A stretch of 25,207 bases of DNA from a virus (Duplodnaviria; Caudoviricetes): IMG/VR virus record IMGVR_UViG_3300042554_003005, positions 1 through 25,207 of that record; one strand, written 5' to 3'. A program made the position numbers and the translations under genes. The notes under the pieces are model-generated. The model had not been told where the DNA came from, searched no databases, and saw only the letters and a list, made by a program, of their open reading frames with translations. This document shows positions 25,147-25,207 of this stretch, piece by piece; the stretch's first letter is position 1; each line of letters starts with the position of its first letter.

Positions 25147-25207
25147 GCGCAAGCTCCAAAATCGCAAAGTTTTCTGTCCTGCGCGCGCGAAATACGACGG
25201 GTGCCAC

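Larger units (their letters stand above)
1..25207. mobile_element. Temperate siphovirus-like phage genome segment (partial)
   Basis: Canonical order terminase-portal-scaffold-capsid-neck-tail-tape measure-tail tip-lysis on the - strand, converging on xis/int. No sheath gene and no recognisable host genes. Confidence 0.95.

Noticed and set aside
1-25207. Gene transfer agent or tailocin interpretation
   Set aside because: Integrase, xis-like gene, attP-like site, DNA-metabolism genes and full head genes indicate a genuine temperate phage.

Overview
This GC-rich window (about 70% by eye) is a large part of a temperate tailed phage with a long non-contractile (siphovirus-type) tail. It has two convergent arms. 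The + strand (1-5774) is the end of an early operon: Rad50/SbcC-like ATPase, DEDDh 3'-5' exonuclease, several small Cys-rich or hypothetical ORFs, an excisionase-like HTH gene and a tyrosine integrase. The - strand (about 25146 down to 5917) is a nearly complete late operon: TerS, TerL, portal, scaffold, major capsid, head-tail proteins, tail tube, tail chaperone with a -1 frameshift, tape measure, a large Asp-box tail-tip protein, hub, tail fibre, holin-like protein and endolysin. The arms meet at an apparent intact attP with tandem ATGTACCGG arm-type repeats, suggesting the free or excised form. The most notable points are an endolysin-position protein with an L,D-transpeptidase-type H-x14-S-x-G-C motif, a sialidase-like propeller in the Dit-position protein, a structured capsid leader that hides its own RBS, and two cases of extensive overlapping coding. 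All product calls come from motifs and synteny only; no database searches were run.
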